NCBI RefSeq assembly: GCF_006345805.1
Contig: NW_021836171.1
Location: forward strand, 1 to 64,000
Reading direction: 5' to 3'
DNA from: Octopus sinensis
Lineage: Eukaryota
DNA length: 64,000 bases
Shown here: piece after piece, positions 1-12,846 of the stretch
Numbering within the stretch: position 1 is the stretch's first letter
How the letters are laid out: each line of letters opens with the position of its first letter
Notes under the pieces: model-generated
The model's input: the letters and a program-made list of their open reading frames with translations, nothing else
What the model was told of the DNA's origin: nothing
The model's database searches: none
Made by a program: the position numbers and the translations under genes

Positions 1-213
1 TCTACTCGGGAACTTCATATACAGAACTTGTTAGCTGACCTTCGTTATGTCATTACCATATCATCTTTATGTTTCGGTCATTAGACTATAATAGACACGT
101 CTACGATAGCGTAGCAAATCAGACATAAAGCAGTCTTTTAAATAATTAAAACTACAGATCATTTTTCTGGGTTAGTGTGTTGTTATCTTCTTATACCTGA
201 TGTAAATAAATAA

Positions 214-260
<47 letters not shown>

Positions 261-408
261 TAGGTGAATGAATTATCCTAGTATGGACAATTCGGTTAAC
301 CGATACCCGGGTAGCAAATTCACGTCAGAAAACACGGTTGAAGCTACATGCCAGGGGCAGAAATCACGTTTTTTCGTGTGGAAATTTGTGTGTTTTTTTA
401 ACTATAAA

Positions 409-577
409 TAAGTGAAAGAATGGAGTCGAATGACGATTTTAACAAAATTCCTTTATTCTCAACATAAGTTTCGAAGAGAGTGCATTATGCCGCCTTCTCA
501 TCAGGAAAGACAAGGAACCTATGTCGAGAATTAAGGAATTTTGTTAAAATCGTCATTCGACTCCATTCTTTCACTTA
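409..577. repeat. Inverted repeat, ~62-bp arms (409-470 / 516-577) with 45-bp spacer; probable Penelope-derived or MITE-like element
   Basis: taagtgaaagaatggagtcgaatgacgattttaacaaaattcctttattctcaacataagtt reappears as its reverse complement at 516-577 with 3 mismatches; followed by (TA)n. Confidence 0.9.
457..508 (-). ncRNA. Minimal type-I hammerhead ribozyme-like motif, canonical core
   Basis: Minus strand: tttc CTGATGA GAAG..CTTC GAAAC TTAT GTT gaga. G10.1-C11.1 pair kept, short stem III, GUU cleavage triplet, 4-bp stem I. Confidence 0.6.
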
Positions 578-1865
578 TATATATATATATATATATATAC
601 AATAGTCTCTTAATATGTATAATCTTTTGGGTATATTCAAAGAATTTCAGTATGCAACCATACGTCCGGTTACAGTCCGACACTTTAGCTCCTGTTTTCT
701 TGGGCAAGTGTCCTCTACAATGGCCCGAGGATGACGTATATAACTAGTAAGTGTTCTATATACGCTGTACTTCCATAAACGAGAGTTCCGTTCAAATTTG
801 TTACGCCTTCCTTCTTAACATTACGACAAATCATCAGTAATTGTTATCCCAACAGCCCTAATAATCTAAAAATTATTTGAATATTGTAACTTACAACGGG
901 TAATGAATAACCAACAGAGCTTTTACCGAAGCACGTGTAGAATTTTCAGAGTACAGTGTAGTTCGAGAATGGTATTTCCAAGGAAACATCCATCCATCCA
1001 TACATACATACATAGGAGGTGGAAGCTAATTCTAAGATTATAGATCCATTGTAGTGTCTTCTACTATCGCCTAGGGCCGAATAAAGTCTTGTGAGTGGAT
1101 TTGGTTGACGGAACTGCAAAAGTCTCCAAACTTTCCAGACGTTTATCATTTAAATATTTATGAGCATATCTATATATATATATATGCAAATATATGCATG
1201 AGAATACAGACATAGAGCAAAACATATAAATCGCCACATATACATACATACAAAAACAATCCTGTTGCTGATGTTGAAGTTCCAATGAGTGAGACTTGGA
1301 TCTAAGTTAGAAACCGGCGCTTTCTCTATTGGTAAGAAATCTTGAAATAAAGCTGGACAATGACATAAATTCATGTATACATACATACATACATACATAG
1401 ACCACACACACATATACACGCATATACATACCGGTCTGTTGGTGCATAAAATTAGAACTGAAATTGTATTTTTGAACAACAATGTCAAATCTGGCGTAAC
1501 GCGTGTTTTTAGAAAACAAGCAATCGCTACAAGCAAATATGAATAATATAATTGCTATCCACAATGGTTGCTTTGGAAAATGTACCGTCTCTTCTGGACC
1601 AATGAAGTGTCACCTAAAGATCTCTAGCGAAAATCTGGTTGCAACAGTGTATTGGTTGAAATAAAGCGTTTTATTAAATTAAAGAAGACTAACTTGGACA
1701 AAGTTGTCTCTGATACACAAAAGACAGAACTGTAGGAATAAGTCTTATATATTTTCAATAAGGAATGACCTCCTGCTGCCCTCCCTCACCACTAATAAAT
1801 ACACCAAGGTATTTATATCAGATAAAAGAAGATAACAGCACGCTAACCCGGAGAGATGCTCTAAG

Positions 1866-2095
1866 GTGTGAGCTGGCAGAAGCGTTAACACGCCGGGCGA
1901 AATGCGTAGCCGTATTTCGCCTGCTGTTACGTTCTGAGTTCAAATTCCGCCGAGGTCCACTTTACCTTTCATCTTTTCGGGGTCGATAAATTAAGTAGCA
2001 GTTACGCACTGGGGTCGATGTAATCGACTTAATCCGTTTGTCTGTCCTTGTTTGTCCCCTCTATGTTTGGCCCCCTTGTGGGTAGTAAAGAAATA
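1866..2095 (+). mobile_element. tRNA-derived SINE family A (Octopus-type, Deu/Nin-like core) with aaagaaata tail
   Basis: gagctggcagaa...gagttcaaattccgccgaggtc.actttacctttcatc...ggtcgataaattaagt; many copies in the window. Confidence 0.85.
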
Positions 2096-2139
2096 TGTAT
2101 TTTTAATTACTTAGAGACATTACTTACTGTCGGATTTGC

Positions 2140-2504
2140 TATATTGCTTACCAACCACATGGTTCCGGGTTCATTCCCACTGCGTGGCAGTTCGAGCAAG
2201 TGTCTTCTACTAGAGCCTCGGGTCGATCAAATCCTTGTGAGTGGATTTGGTAGACAGAAACTGAAAGAAGCCCGTCGTATATATGTGTGTACATATATGT
2301 GTGTGTTTGTGTGTCTGTGTTTGTCCCCCTAGCATTGCTTGACAACCGATGCTGGTGTGTTTTCGTCCCCTTTACTTAGCGGTTCGACAAAAAGAGACCG
2401 ATAGAATAATTACTGGTCTTACAAAGAATAAGTCCCGGGGTCGATTTCGACTAAAGGCTGTCTCCAGCATGGCTGCAGTCAAATGACTGATACAAGTAAA
2501 AGAG
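2140..2504 (+). mobile_element. tRNA-derived SINE family B (CORE-like, OR-type) with internal microsatellite
   Basis: ccaaccacatggttccgggttca..gcaagtgtcttctac..gaagcccgtcg(TA/TG)n..aaatgactga..aagtaaaagag. Confidence 0.85.
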
Positions 2505-2952
2505 TATGTCTATAAGAATTCAGGGTTCAACAACCGAGGCTTCGTATTTAAAAGAATTTAATACGTTGTCGTTTAGACCCAGATCAAACATAATTGAACA
2601 GTCCAATGATCAAATGTATCTTAGTCGAGATCGACTCGGAACAAAGAAATCTATCGCTCAGAACAAAGGAATCTATTGCTGTATTTTCTAAAGAGTCTAC
2701 GACGTGAGCCTAGTGAGGTGTTTTTTTTTTCTGTACATGCATGGTGATATCTCCACGTAAATTTGTCCTCATCTTGCAGTGTTTTTACTAATGTTAACGG
2801 TGAAGTTTCTCACCACGTGTCCCCTACCAACGAAATGAATTGATCTGGTAGAATAACACATCGTCTAGACACTGGATGTAATAGATCGATTTTAATGTAT
2901 TCACTATTCATTGACAAGGAACAAATATATTATTAAACTGAGTTTCGTTGAC

Positions 2953-3318
2953 GATATTTCGTCTGCCGCTACGTTCTGAGTTCAAATTCCGCCGAGGTCG
3001 ACTTTGCCTTTCACCATCTCAGGCTCGATTAAATAAGTACCAGTTACGCACTGGGGTCGATATAAATGACAATCCCCTTTTCTGTCCTTGTTTGTCCTCT
3101 CTGTGTTTAGCCCCTTGTGGGTAATAAAGAAATAGGTATTTCGTCTGCCGCTACATTCTGAGTTCGAATTCCGCCAAGGTCGACTTTGCACTTCATCCTT
3201 TCGGGGTCGATTAAATAAGTACCAGTTACGCACTGGCGTCGATAATATCGACTTAATCCGTTTGTCTGTCCTTGTTTGTCCTCTCTATGTTTAGCCCCAT
3301 GTGGGTAGTAAAGAAATA
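2953..3318 (+). mobile_element. SINE family A, two 5'-truncated units head-to-tail
   Basis: Body from (g)tatttcgtctgccgc to aaagaaata occurs twice, junction at 3134/3135. Confidence 0.85.
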
Positions 3319-4094
3319 AGTATTTCGTATCAGATTATCGTATTTATATGAACGGTTTGTAACTTTCAGTAGATAAAGCTCAGTCTTGAACTACATGCAC
3401 AAACCTCTATGCACAACGACTGAGACTGTAAGAAATAGCAACTAAATGTCCCCTCTGTCTCTCTCTCTCTCTCGTTTATGTAAAGATGAATGGTTGAGAT
3501 TCGCTAATAACATGACTGATATATTTGTACAATAAAGTCAATATAAAATGCTCCATTATTCCACCACTGATTAAAATGTGTACAGGATATTTCGTTAAAT
3601 TTCATGTAAATTCTTGCTAGAAGAAAGAAACAGTTTGCTTTTTGATAAAAGCAACGTAATATTTAATGCTTTATGTAATCCATGGAATATGATACCATCG
3701 CGTAAGTGTCATAAACCGTTCGGTAGTACATAATGGTGACTGGAAAAAAAAATGTATTTTTCCCTTTCAATAAAATGGCTTAATGTTCGAACGAAGAGAT
3801 CTATTAAGGCCGTGATTTTAACCCAGGTTGTTCTTAACTGCAGTCAGAGGTGTCATGAATGTTTAAATTTAAAGACCATAATTTACACAAGTGCGAATAT
3901 GCCGTGCATTTGAAACGTAGGAAGATTGAATCACGAAGCTGAGGAAAGTTAATTTGACCATTCTAACTGCTAATCAAAGTTGGAAAACCTCGCTGAAATC
4001 AAATCCAAGCGTCTTTAAATACAGACAGACATATCTCTGATATAAGAAAAGACATTGTGGTCAGTAATGGAAAATATTAGCTCACAACTATTCA

Positions 4095-5379
4095 AGTGCA
4101 GGCCTGAGCCATGGCTTAGTAACCACTCGCCGTGTGCCGGACTGAACTCTGGCCTAGTAACAACTCGCCGTGTGCCGGACTGAACCATAGATAAGTAACA
4201 ACTCTCCGAGTGCAGGACTGAACCGTAGCTTAGTAACAACTCGCCGTGTGCCGGACTGAACCGTGGCTTAGTAACCACTCTCCGTGTGCCGGACTGAACC
4301 GTGGCTTAGTAACAACTCGCCGTGTGCCGAACTGAACCGTGGCTTAGTAATAACTCGCCGTATGCCAGACTGAAACGTGGCTTAGTAACCACTCTCCGAG
4401 TGCAGGACTGAACCGTGGCTTAGTAATAACTCGCCGTATGCCGGACTGAACCGTGGCTTAGTAACAAGTCACCGAGTGCAGGACTGAACCGTGGCTTATT
4501 AACAAGTCACCGAGTGCAGGACTGAACCGTGGCTTAGTAACCACTCTCCGAGTGCAGGACTGAACTCTAGCCTAGTAAGAACTCTCACAGTGCAGGACTG
4601 AACTGTGGCTTATTAACAAGTCACCGAGTGCAGGACTGAACCGTGGCTTAGTAACCACTCTCCGAGTGCAGGACTGAACCGCGGCTTAGTAACCATTCGC
4701 CGTGTGCCGGACTGAACTCTAGCCTAGTAAGAACTCTCACAGTGCAGGACTGAACTGTGGCTTAGTAACAACTCACCGAGTGCAGGACTGAACCATAGAT
4801 TAGTAACAACTCTCCGAGTGCAGGACTGAACCGTGGCTTAGTAACAACTCTCCGAGTGCAGGACTGAACCGCAGCTTGGTAACAACTCTCCGAGTGCAGG
4901 ACTGAACCGCGGCTTCGTAACAACTCTCAGAGTGCCGGACTGAACCGTGGCTTAGTAACAACTCGCCGAGTGCAGGACTGAACCATAGATTAGTAACAAC
5001 TCTCCGAGTGCAGGACTGAACCGCGGCTTCGTAACAACTCTCCGAGTGCAGGACTGAACCGTGTCTTAGTAACCACTTTCCGAGTGCAGGACTGAACCGT
5101 GGCTTAGTAACAAGTCACCGAGTGCAGGACTGGACCGTGGCTTATTAACAACTCGCCGAGTGCAGGACTGAACCGTGGCTTAGTAACAACTCGCCAAGTG
5201 CAGGACTGAACCGTGGCTTAGTAACAACTCGCCGAGTGCAGGACTGAACCATAGATTAGTAACAACTCTCCGAGTGCAGGACTGAACCGTGTCTTAGTAA
5301 CCACACTCCGAGTGCAGGACCGAACCAAGTCTTAGTAACAAATCTCCGAGTGTAGGACTGAACCATGGATTAGTAACAA
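4095..5379. repeat. 38-bp tandem minisatellite, ~34 copies
   Basis: Unit agtgcaggactgaaccgtggcttagtaacaactctccg, period 38, no unique spacers. Confidence 0.95.
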
Positions 5380-5831
5380 TACTAGAATAGACTTAATTGT
5401 ACAATACTATGGTTTCACTCTTCTACTTTCTCTTATACCTGTTTCATACAGCAAGCTGCGGCCATGATACAACACTTTTATATCTGGAGAACAAAATTAA
5501 CTGTACCAAAGTTATAAAATCTTTGTAAAGTACTCCTCTAATGCAGTAATCTTATCCGCTAGAACAAGCAGCTTAATCTCTTTTAATGCGTAGTGTCTAA
5601 CATCTTAGAGAAAGGAGGTTGCATTGGAAAATATAAGCATCGCTATAACAACGGATGGGATGGACACTAGTGGAAAGCATTTGATCATATCTTTGTTGTA
5701 GCAAGAATAAACAGGGGCACATGCAAAAAAAGTCTAAATTTAGCAGCTTAAATTTAATTGGGATCAATTAATTAAATTAACCTACTGACCTTCTTTTTTT
5801 TTACTACAAATGAACATAATAATAATAATAA

Positions 5832-5864
<33 letters not shown>

Positions 5865-6765
5865 AAAAATATAATCAGACTGACACTTTACGTTCGATAG
5901 CTGAGAAAACTGAGGACAATTTTATTACGGGTTCCTCGGTTCGGAATGGACAAGTAGGATAAGTAAATCACTTGTAGTGAATTAGAAACTAGAGTGGACC
6001 ACAAACGGCCAGTTCAATAATAATAAATAAGCACAAAAACGACCGACCATTCCGTCTCTAACGTCAGTGATAAGAACGAAGCGGCACTACTATCCCCAAA
6101 AGGCTGTATGAGACAACAGCCATGCAACACCACAGATATTAGCAAACCAAACGAAACCAAACCAAAATTATCAATGACCGACAATTTATTGATTTCTGAG
6201 GGAAATATTTTTCTTTTTCATTCAGCCGATTTTCTTGTACTCATCATTCTGTGAGTGTCTATCAAGCACCCGCCACCCTCCACAACCAGCATTTTTCTCC
6301 TAATATTATTTCTGCTTTCCATCCACTGCGTTCGCCCACGTCTCTTCCATCTTGCAGTCTTTCTTCTTATTTTTTTCCTTTCTTTCTTTCTTTCTTACTT
6401 CTCTCTCTCTCCTTCTCTCTTTCGTTCGTTCGTTCGCTCCTTACTCTCTTTTACTCTTTCCTCTAATATTTCATCGTCCTGCATCGATTTCATAGTTTCT
6501 CCACACCCCTCCTCATTTACATGTAATTCCTTCTTTCGTTCATCGAATTATACTTTATGTCCATTGTCGTCTACTACTACCACTACTACTACTACCACTA
6601 CTAATTCTGCCACCACTACTGCTGCTGCTGCTGCTACTACTACTACTTTCTCTTTCATCCGTTTATTTATCGAGTTATTCTCTATCTTTCTTCGCCACAT
6701 ACAACGCTGCTGCTAACTCACAGGATATTGTCTTTTTTTCATTCATCGCTTTCCTTTTTCTATTA

Positions 6766-7290
6766 TTCATTCTTTCCGTTCATATTCTGACCAATATCGA
6801 ACCTCTTTCCTTCTTTCCTTCCACCTTTCGTGATTTCTTTATTCTTTCTTTCATATTTACTTACTACCACCTTTCTTGTTCTTTCTTTTTATTCCTTGTT
6901 TTCTCTTTCTTCCTCACTTCATTCCCCTTCATTCTTGTTTCTATTTCTTTCTTTACCTCTCTCCCTTTTCTCTTTCTTTTTTTGCTTCTTTTTCTTTCAC
7001 TTTCATTCCTAATGCTTTCTTTACTTTCATTCTTTCGGTTCATATTCTGACCAATATCGAACCTCCTTCCTTCTTTCCTTCCACCTTTCTTGATTTCTTT
7101 ATTCTTTCTTTCATATTTACTTACTACCACCTTTCTTGTTCTTTCTTTTTATTCTTTCTGTTTTCTCTTTCTTCCTCACTTCCGTTAATATTCATTCTTA
7201 TTTTCTATTTCTTTCTTTTCCCCTCTCCCTTTCTCTTCCTTTTTTTTTCGCTTCTTTTTCTTTCACTTTCACTCCTTACGCTTCTTTACT
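6766..7290. repeat. ~260-bp tandem duplication within a pyrimidine-rich tract
   Basis: ttcattctttc.gttcatattctgaccaatatcgaacc... starts at 6766 and 7026 and is near-identical for ~135 bp. Confidence 0.85.
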
Positions 7291-7629
7291 TTCATTCATT
7301 CTCCTTTCTTTCGTCAGTATATTACTTTTTATCCAATCTCCATGTGTCTCACTTCCCTCTCATTCCACTTCACCCCAAAACTCCTGCGTTGTTTTATTAC
7401 TCTCACTTGCCTCCTTCATCGATGTATTTTCAAATTCATTTCTTACCAATTTACCATTTCGTCAAAGAGAGAAGTCCAGCACCAGTGAACCTATTAGTTT
7501 CTCATCACTCTAAGACTGATGAAGTGGAAAAAAGTAGATACCCTTAATTCAGCGGAAATAATTAAAAAATGAGTGCAGTCTTCAGTCCCAGGAATGACAG
7601 GGCTGGTTACCGAAATTCCATGGCGTATT

Positions 7630-7810
7630 AGTGATCGAAATCACAACATCTTCCCCAAATGGGACGCCACTTTTTCGCCGGGTCACTCATCTACAGCTGA
7701 GCGGAGTGTCGGGAAATGAAGTATTTTGCTCAACAACATAACACATAACAGTTTGAGAATTGAAACTGCGGTCTTGCGATTGTGAGGGCAACACCCTAAC
7801 CACTAAGCCA
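7630..7810 (-). mobile_element. Diverged tRNA SINE, family D-like head
   Basis: Ends cttgcgattgtgagggcaacaccctaaccactaagcca (reverse tRNA head); ttgctcaa.aac core motif. Confidence 0.6.
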
Positions 7811-8207
7811 TTAGGTCTAAATGCTTGTGACTGAGTGGGCTTTGCACAAGGTATCCAAAAACCATATTAAGCCAGGCGACTGATGATTTTAGATCGATAC
7901 CTCGGTACCGAAGATGAAAATTTGCTGGAAAACTTACGGTAAGACGTCTTGTCCGATACTCTACCGACTGCGCCAATCTCTTGACCTTATAAGTACTTCA
8001 AGTTACCCACCAAGAAAGAGTGAAAGATAAAGTCGAACCAGGTACTATTTGAAATCGGATCGTAGAGCTTCAGGAAATAAAGCCAGGTTCTCAATCATCC
8101 AGTCCTCAAGCAATTCCATAAACTTATAGCCCTGGGCTGATATTTTATTTTATCGCTACAGCAGCACCATATCCACAAAGCAATTGAAGGTAATGTTGAT
8201 TCATGAT

Positions 8208-8490
8208 AAGGCGGCGAGCTGACAGTATCGCTAGCAACGCCGGATAAAATGCTCAACGGTATTTCACCCGTCTGTCTGTCCTTGTTTGTCCCCTCTGTGT
8301 TTATCCCCTTGTGGGTAGTAAAGAAATAGGTATTTCACCCGTCATTATGCCCTGAGTTTAAATTCCGCCGAGGTCGACTTTGCGGTTCATCATTTCCAGG
8401 TCGATAAAATAAGTACGAGTTAAAACCTGGAGTCAATGGAATCGAATATTCTCTTCTTCAAAATTGCTGGCCTCAAGCCATAATTTTACA
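8208..8490 (+). mobile_element. Older SINE family A copy carrying a 56-bp insert of the family A tail
   Basis: ggtatttcacccgtc duplicated at 8258-8272 and 8329-8343 around the tail module 8273-8328. Confidence 0.8.
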
Positions 8491-8905
8491 TTAATGTTAA
8501 TTCACTACTGTGCGATTTAGGCACAGAGGGTAAGAGAGGTAGGGCATATAAAGGTTTATCCTCTGATTTGTTAATTTTCATTTTTGCCGATTGATTCATT
8601 AGAAATAACAGCCGAATCTATAATAGGGCCCATCTTATTCTGAAAATACTTAAATGTTTGCTCGAACTTCTAAAATGAGTAGTTCTATTGAGGTTGTGTA
8701 ATAACATATTTTGTTTTAAGTTGAGGGAAAGCACAAATCGGATAAGCTACACTTGGATTCCCCATGTCTGAACAACAAGCAGTATGGTTACCACAGGAAT
8801 GGTTTGGATTAAATATAGGTCAGCTGGAACGAGAATGGCTTTTGATTAGAACAAAAAGAACAATGGCAGCTATTTTTCTTGTAAGAACACTCAAAAAAAA
8901 AATAT

Positions 8906-9208
8906 GGCGCAATAGCACAGTAGTTAGGGCAGCGGACTCATGTCGGATGATTGCGGTTTCGATTCCCAGACCGGGCGTTGTGTGTGTTCATTGAACGAAA
9001 ACACCTAAGAGCTCCACGAGCTCCTGCAGGGGGTGGTGGCGACACCTGTTGTACTCTTTCGCCCCAACTTTCTCTCACTCTTTCTTCCTGTTTCATGGGT
9101 AACGTTGCGTTTGACTGGCGTCCCGTCCAGCTGGGGGGGGGGACACATACGCCACAGAAACCGGGAAGCCGGGCCCATGAGCCTGGCTAGGCTTGAAAAG
9201 GGCAATAA
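8906..9208 (+). mobile_element. tRNA SINE family C head + tail i
   Basis: ggcgcaat..gttagggcagcggactc..gtttcgattcccagaccgggcg..; tail ggcgtcccgtccagctgg..gaaaccggg..ggcttgaaaagggc. Confidence 0.85.
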
Positions 9209-9604
9209 GAAGACTCTAAATTAGCAAATAAATAAGAAAAATACAATAAAAAATACAAATTGCACCTGCGTAGGTACGCAAACACACTGTTTGAAAGCGA
9301 AAGTTTCTATGACAGAAATGTCTTTAGCAGTAAGAAGTGTTGATCAGTGCTTATGGGAGGGAACGACAGGAACAGCATGATATAAATTTGGCTCTAGTGA
9401 GAGATACTCTGTCGCTTACGAACATGCAATAATATTTTGCATGAAATAGTAGTTCTTTATCTATCATGTCTGAGTAATAAAAATATTGGGCATACTTAGA
9501 AACGGGTTATGACAATATATCTGCTAGACTAGAGTTGAGATAGGATTAAACAACGGCAACATTAGCCAAGCAATTTCTCTATTAAATTATTTATTTATTT
9601 ATTT

Positions 9605-9908
9605 ATGCGCCCTTTTCAAGCCTAGCCAGGCTCATGGGCCCGTTTTCCCGGTTTCTGTGGCGTATCTGTTCCCCCCAGCTGGACGGGACGCCAGTACATC
9701 GCAGCGTTACCCAAGAAACAGGAAGAAAGAGTGAGAGAAATTTGGGGCGGAAGAGTAAAACAGGGGTCGCCACCACCCCCTGCCGGAGCCTTGTGGAGAT
9801 TTAGGTGTTTTCGCTCAATAAACACACACAACGCCCGGTCTGGGAATCGAAACCGCGATCCTCCGACTGCGATTCCGCTGCCCTAACCACTGGGCCATTG
9901 CGCCTCCA
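9605..9908 (-). mobile_element. tRNA SINE family C head + tail i
   Basis: Reverse complement of the 8906 copy, with a (TAAA)n tail on the minus strand. Confidence 0.85.
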
Positions 9909-10419
9909 GTTATTAGATTCTATCGATTACGAAAAGAGAAACATGTCTTAGAATTAGGCTCTTTCCAGTAATGATCAACACTTTATTTATTTATTAAACG
10001 TTATGAATCTATGATTTTATTATTAGTATATTTGATGGGAAGTTACCTAGGGTTAAACAGAAGCTGGAATGGGTCCTTCGTACACTAGACCAGAATAATT
10101 ACAGCTAGATACTCAATGTTTGGATAAAGTAGGGCGAAATACATCGGATCTGAAATAACCGAAGGAATCGTGTCGGTTAGAACCCTGTTGGCCATATCTC
10201 TATACAAATGCACTAAATCTAAAATTGCACCATTCCACAATGTAGTCCAAGATACATTAGGTCCGGATAACATTGTTCGAAATACGCAGTATCTAGATAA
10301 AATTATCGCATATATAATATACATTTGAAAAAGCAAGAAAGAAAAAAAATAACGGTTGAGTTGTCATGGCTGGAACGTCTTTCGGCATAGATTTTCTAGA
10401 TTCGATCTTTGGCCAAGAA

Positions 10420-10815
10420 GCATCAATATCACATTCATCACTCGACCTTTTCTTTCTTTCTTCTCTTCATTCCTTTATTTCTTCCTTCTTTTCTTCTTTT
10501 TCTCTTTCTCCCTTCGCTTCTTCCTTTCCTTCTTTCTCTTTCATCATTTATCTCTTCCTTATTTTCTTTTTCTTTTTCTCCGTTTCTTCCTTTTCTTCTT
10601 TCATCTTTTATTTCTTCCTTATTTTCCTCTTTCTCTTTCTCCCTTCGTTTCTTCCTTTTCTTCTCTTTCTCTTTCATCATTTAGTTCTTCCTTCTTTTCT
10701 TTTTGTCTTTCTCCCTTCGTTTCTTCCTTCTTTTCTACTTTTTCTCTACCTTTATTTCTTCCTTATTTTCTTCTTTTTCTCTTTCCCCCTCCGTTTCCTC
10801 CGTTTCTTTCTTTCT
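10420..10815. repeat. Pyrimidine-rich (CTT/CTTT-type) low-complexity tract
   Basis: Almost only C and T on the plus strand; source of the F/S/L-rich ORFs. Confidence 0.9.
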
Positions 10816-11297
10816 TCATATGCTACCTCATTCACTTAACTCCCTCTGGCTGTAGCGTCTTCATTGATTCTTCCTCAATTCACTTCTAAATATCCTTCCT
10901 TTCGTTTATCTATCTGCTGTCAATCATATCCGCTATATATCGACCAATAACGGAACTTCATTGTGGTCACTCGACTCGTTATAAATGTCATTTTCTGCAA
11001 GAACATCAAAATCTTTTGTTTTTAGTCATAAAGAAACCAGAACCACTTTATCTTATAAGTAAACCAGCTTTCTTTCATGACAGTATAATACGATTTTGAG
11101 AAATGCTGTGGCTATTTCTAGCACTTCGATCAACCATGAAGACGCCACTTTCGCTGATTCTCGATTGAGGCAATATATGCTATGATGTAATCCATGAACG
11201 GAGAGATAGAGTCGACACAGCATATTAAAGCAATATAATATGACATAAGCACTGCTAGTATGGATTCCTTTACACATGACTTAAATACACGCAAGTG

Positions 11298-11545
11298 TGG
11301 AGGCGCGTGGCATAGTGGTTAGGGTGTCAGCATCGTGATCGTAAGATTGTGGTTTCGACTCCTGGACCAGGCGACGCGTTGTGTTCTTGAGCAAAACACT
11401 TCATTACACGTTGCTCCAGACCACTCAGCTGGCAAAAATGAGTAACCCTTTCGATGGACTGGCGTCCCGTACAGCTGGCGAACACACACGCCATAGAAAC
11501 CGTGAAACCGGGCCCATAAAACTGGCTAGACTTTAAAAGAGTGCA
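11298..11545 (+). mobile_element. tRNA SINE family D head + tail i
   Basis: ggaggcgcgtggcatagtggttaggg..gtgttcttgagcaaaacacttc..aaaaatgagta, then the same tail as at 8906. Confidence 0.8.
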
Positions 11546-11720
11546 TTTATTTTTTAAAACACACACATATACATGTGAGCATAAATACACGCAAATACTT
11601 GCCTACACACATATATATGTATATATGTTCATCTTTTTCTATGTATGTATATGTGTACATCTATTTCTATGTATATATATATATATATATGTACATCTAT
11701 TTCTATGTGTGTGTGTATAT

Positions 11721-11773
<53 letters not shown>

Positions 11774-12006
11774 AGTTCACAAACGGAGACAGAGATTCTT
11801 CGTATAGAAGAGACTTAGTAGCGCCCAACGGATTCAAACTTACACCCCGAAGTTTTTACAGGGGACCGATTCCACAAGGCAAAGGAAGGCTATGTGAGGG
11901 ACAAATTTGAGCAGATATAGGGGCAATTAGCGGATAAACAAACTAGATACATAAAATATATTATATATATATATTAGTTTGTGTGTTAAATACAAAAAGT
12001 GTTTTA

Positions 12007-12846
12007 CAGTAATCCCTCACCGTATCGCGGTTCGCCTATCTCGGTTTATGATTTAAACTTATGCGAACGCAGTGAGCTGGCAGAATCGTTAGGATGCCGG
12101 GCGAAATGCATAGAGGTATTTCGTCTGCCGCTACGTTCTGAGTTCAAATTCCGTCGAGGTCGACTTTGCCTTTCATCCTTTCGGGGTCGATTAAATAAGC
12201 ACCAGTTACGAAATGGGGTCGATATAATCGATTTATTCATTTTGTCTGTCCTTGTTTGTCCTCTCTGTATTTAGCCCCTCGTGGGTAGTAAAGACATAGG
12301 TATTTCGTCTGCCGCTACGCTCCGATTTCAAATTTCGCCGAGGTCGATTTTGCCTTCCATCCTTTCGGGGTCGATAAATTAAGCACCAGTTGTGTACTGG
12401 GTTGATCTAATCGACATTCCCCTCCCACCTAATTTTGGGCCTTGTGCCCAAAGTAGAAAGGAATTCTTAGCACGCTGGACGAAATGCGTAACGGTATTTC
12501 GTCCATCACTTAGTTCTGAGTACATATTCCGCCGAGGTCGACTTGACCTTTCATTCTTTCGGGGTCGCTAAATTAAGTACCAGTTGAGTACTGAAGTCGA
12601 TATAATCGACTATTCCCCCTCTCTCCCAAATTTCAGGCCTTGCGCCGATAATAGAAAGGATTATTAAAGCTTACGTCGATTCCTCTATGCTGTTATTTTA
12701 TTTTGCATTTATAAAAAAATAAATATATACAAATTATAAAAATTATTTTTTAAAATATATACAGTACAGCACTGTTTCTACTTCGCGAATTTTTACCTAC
12801 CGCAGAGGGTTTTGGAACGTAAAACGCGCGATTGCCAAAAGATGAT

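Noticed and set aside
2140-2200. tRNA genes at SINE heads, here and elsewhere
   Set aside because: A/B-box-like heads run straight into SINE bodies and do not form complete cloverleaves
4095-5379. CRISPR array or hammerhead satellite
   Set aside because: The whole 38-bp unit repeats with no unique spacers or cas genes; CTGAACC and GTAAC do not match the hammerhead core and the would-be cleavage triplet ends in G
6255-7547. Hydrophobic membrane-protein-like ORFs (also 10356-10889)
   Set aside because: Polypyrimidine low-complexity sequence
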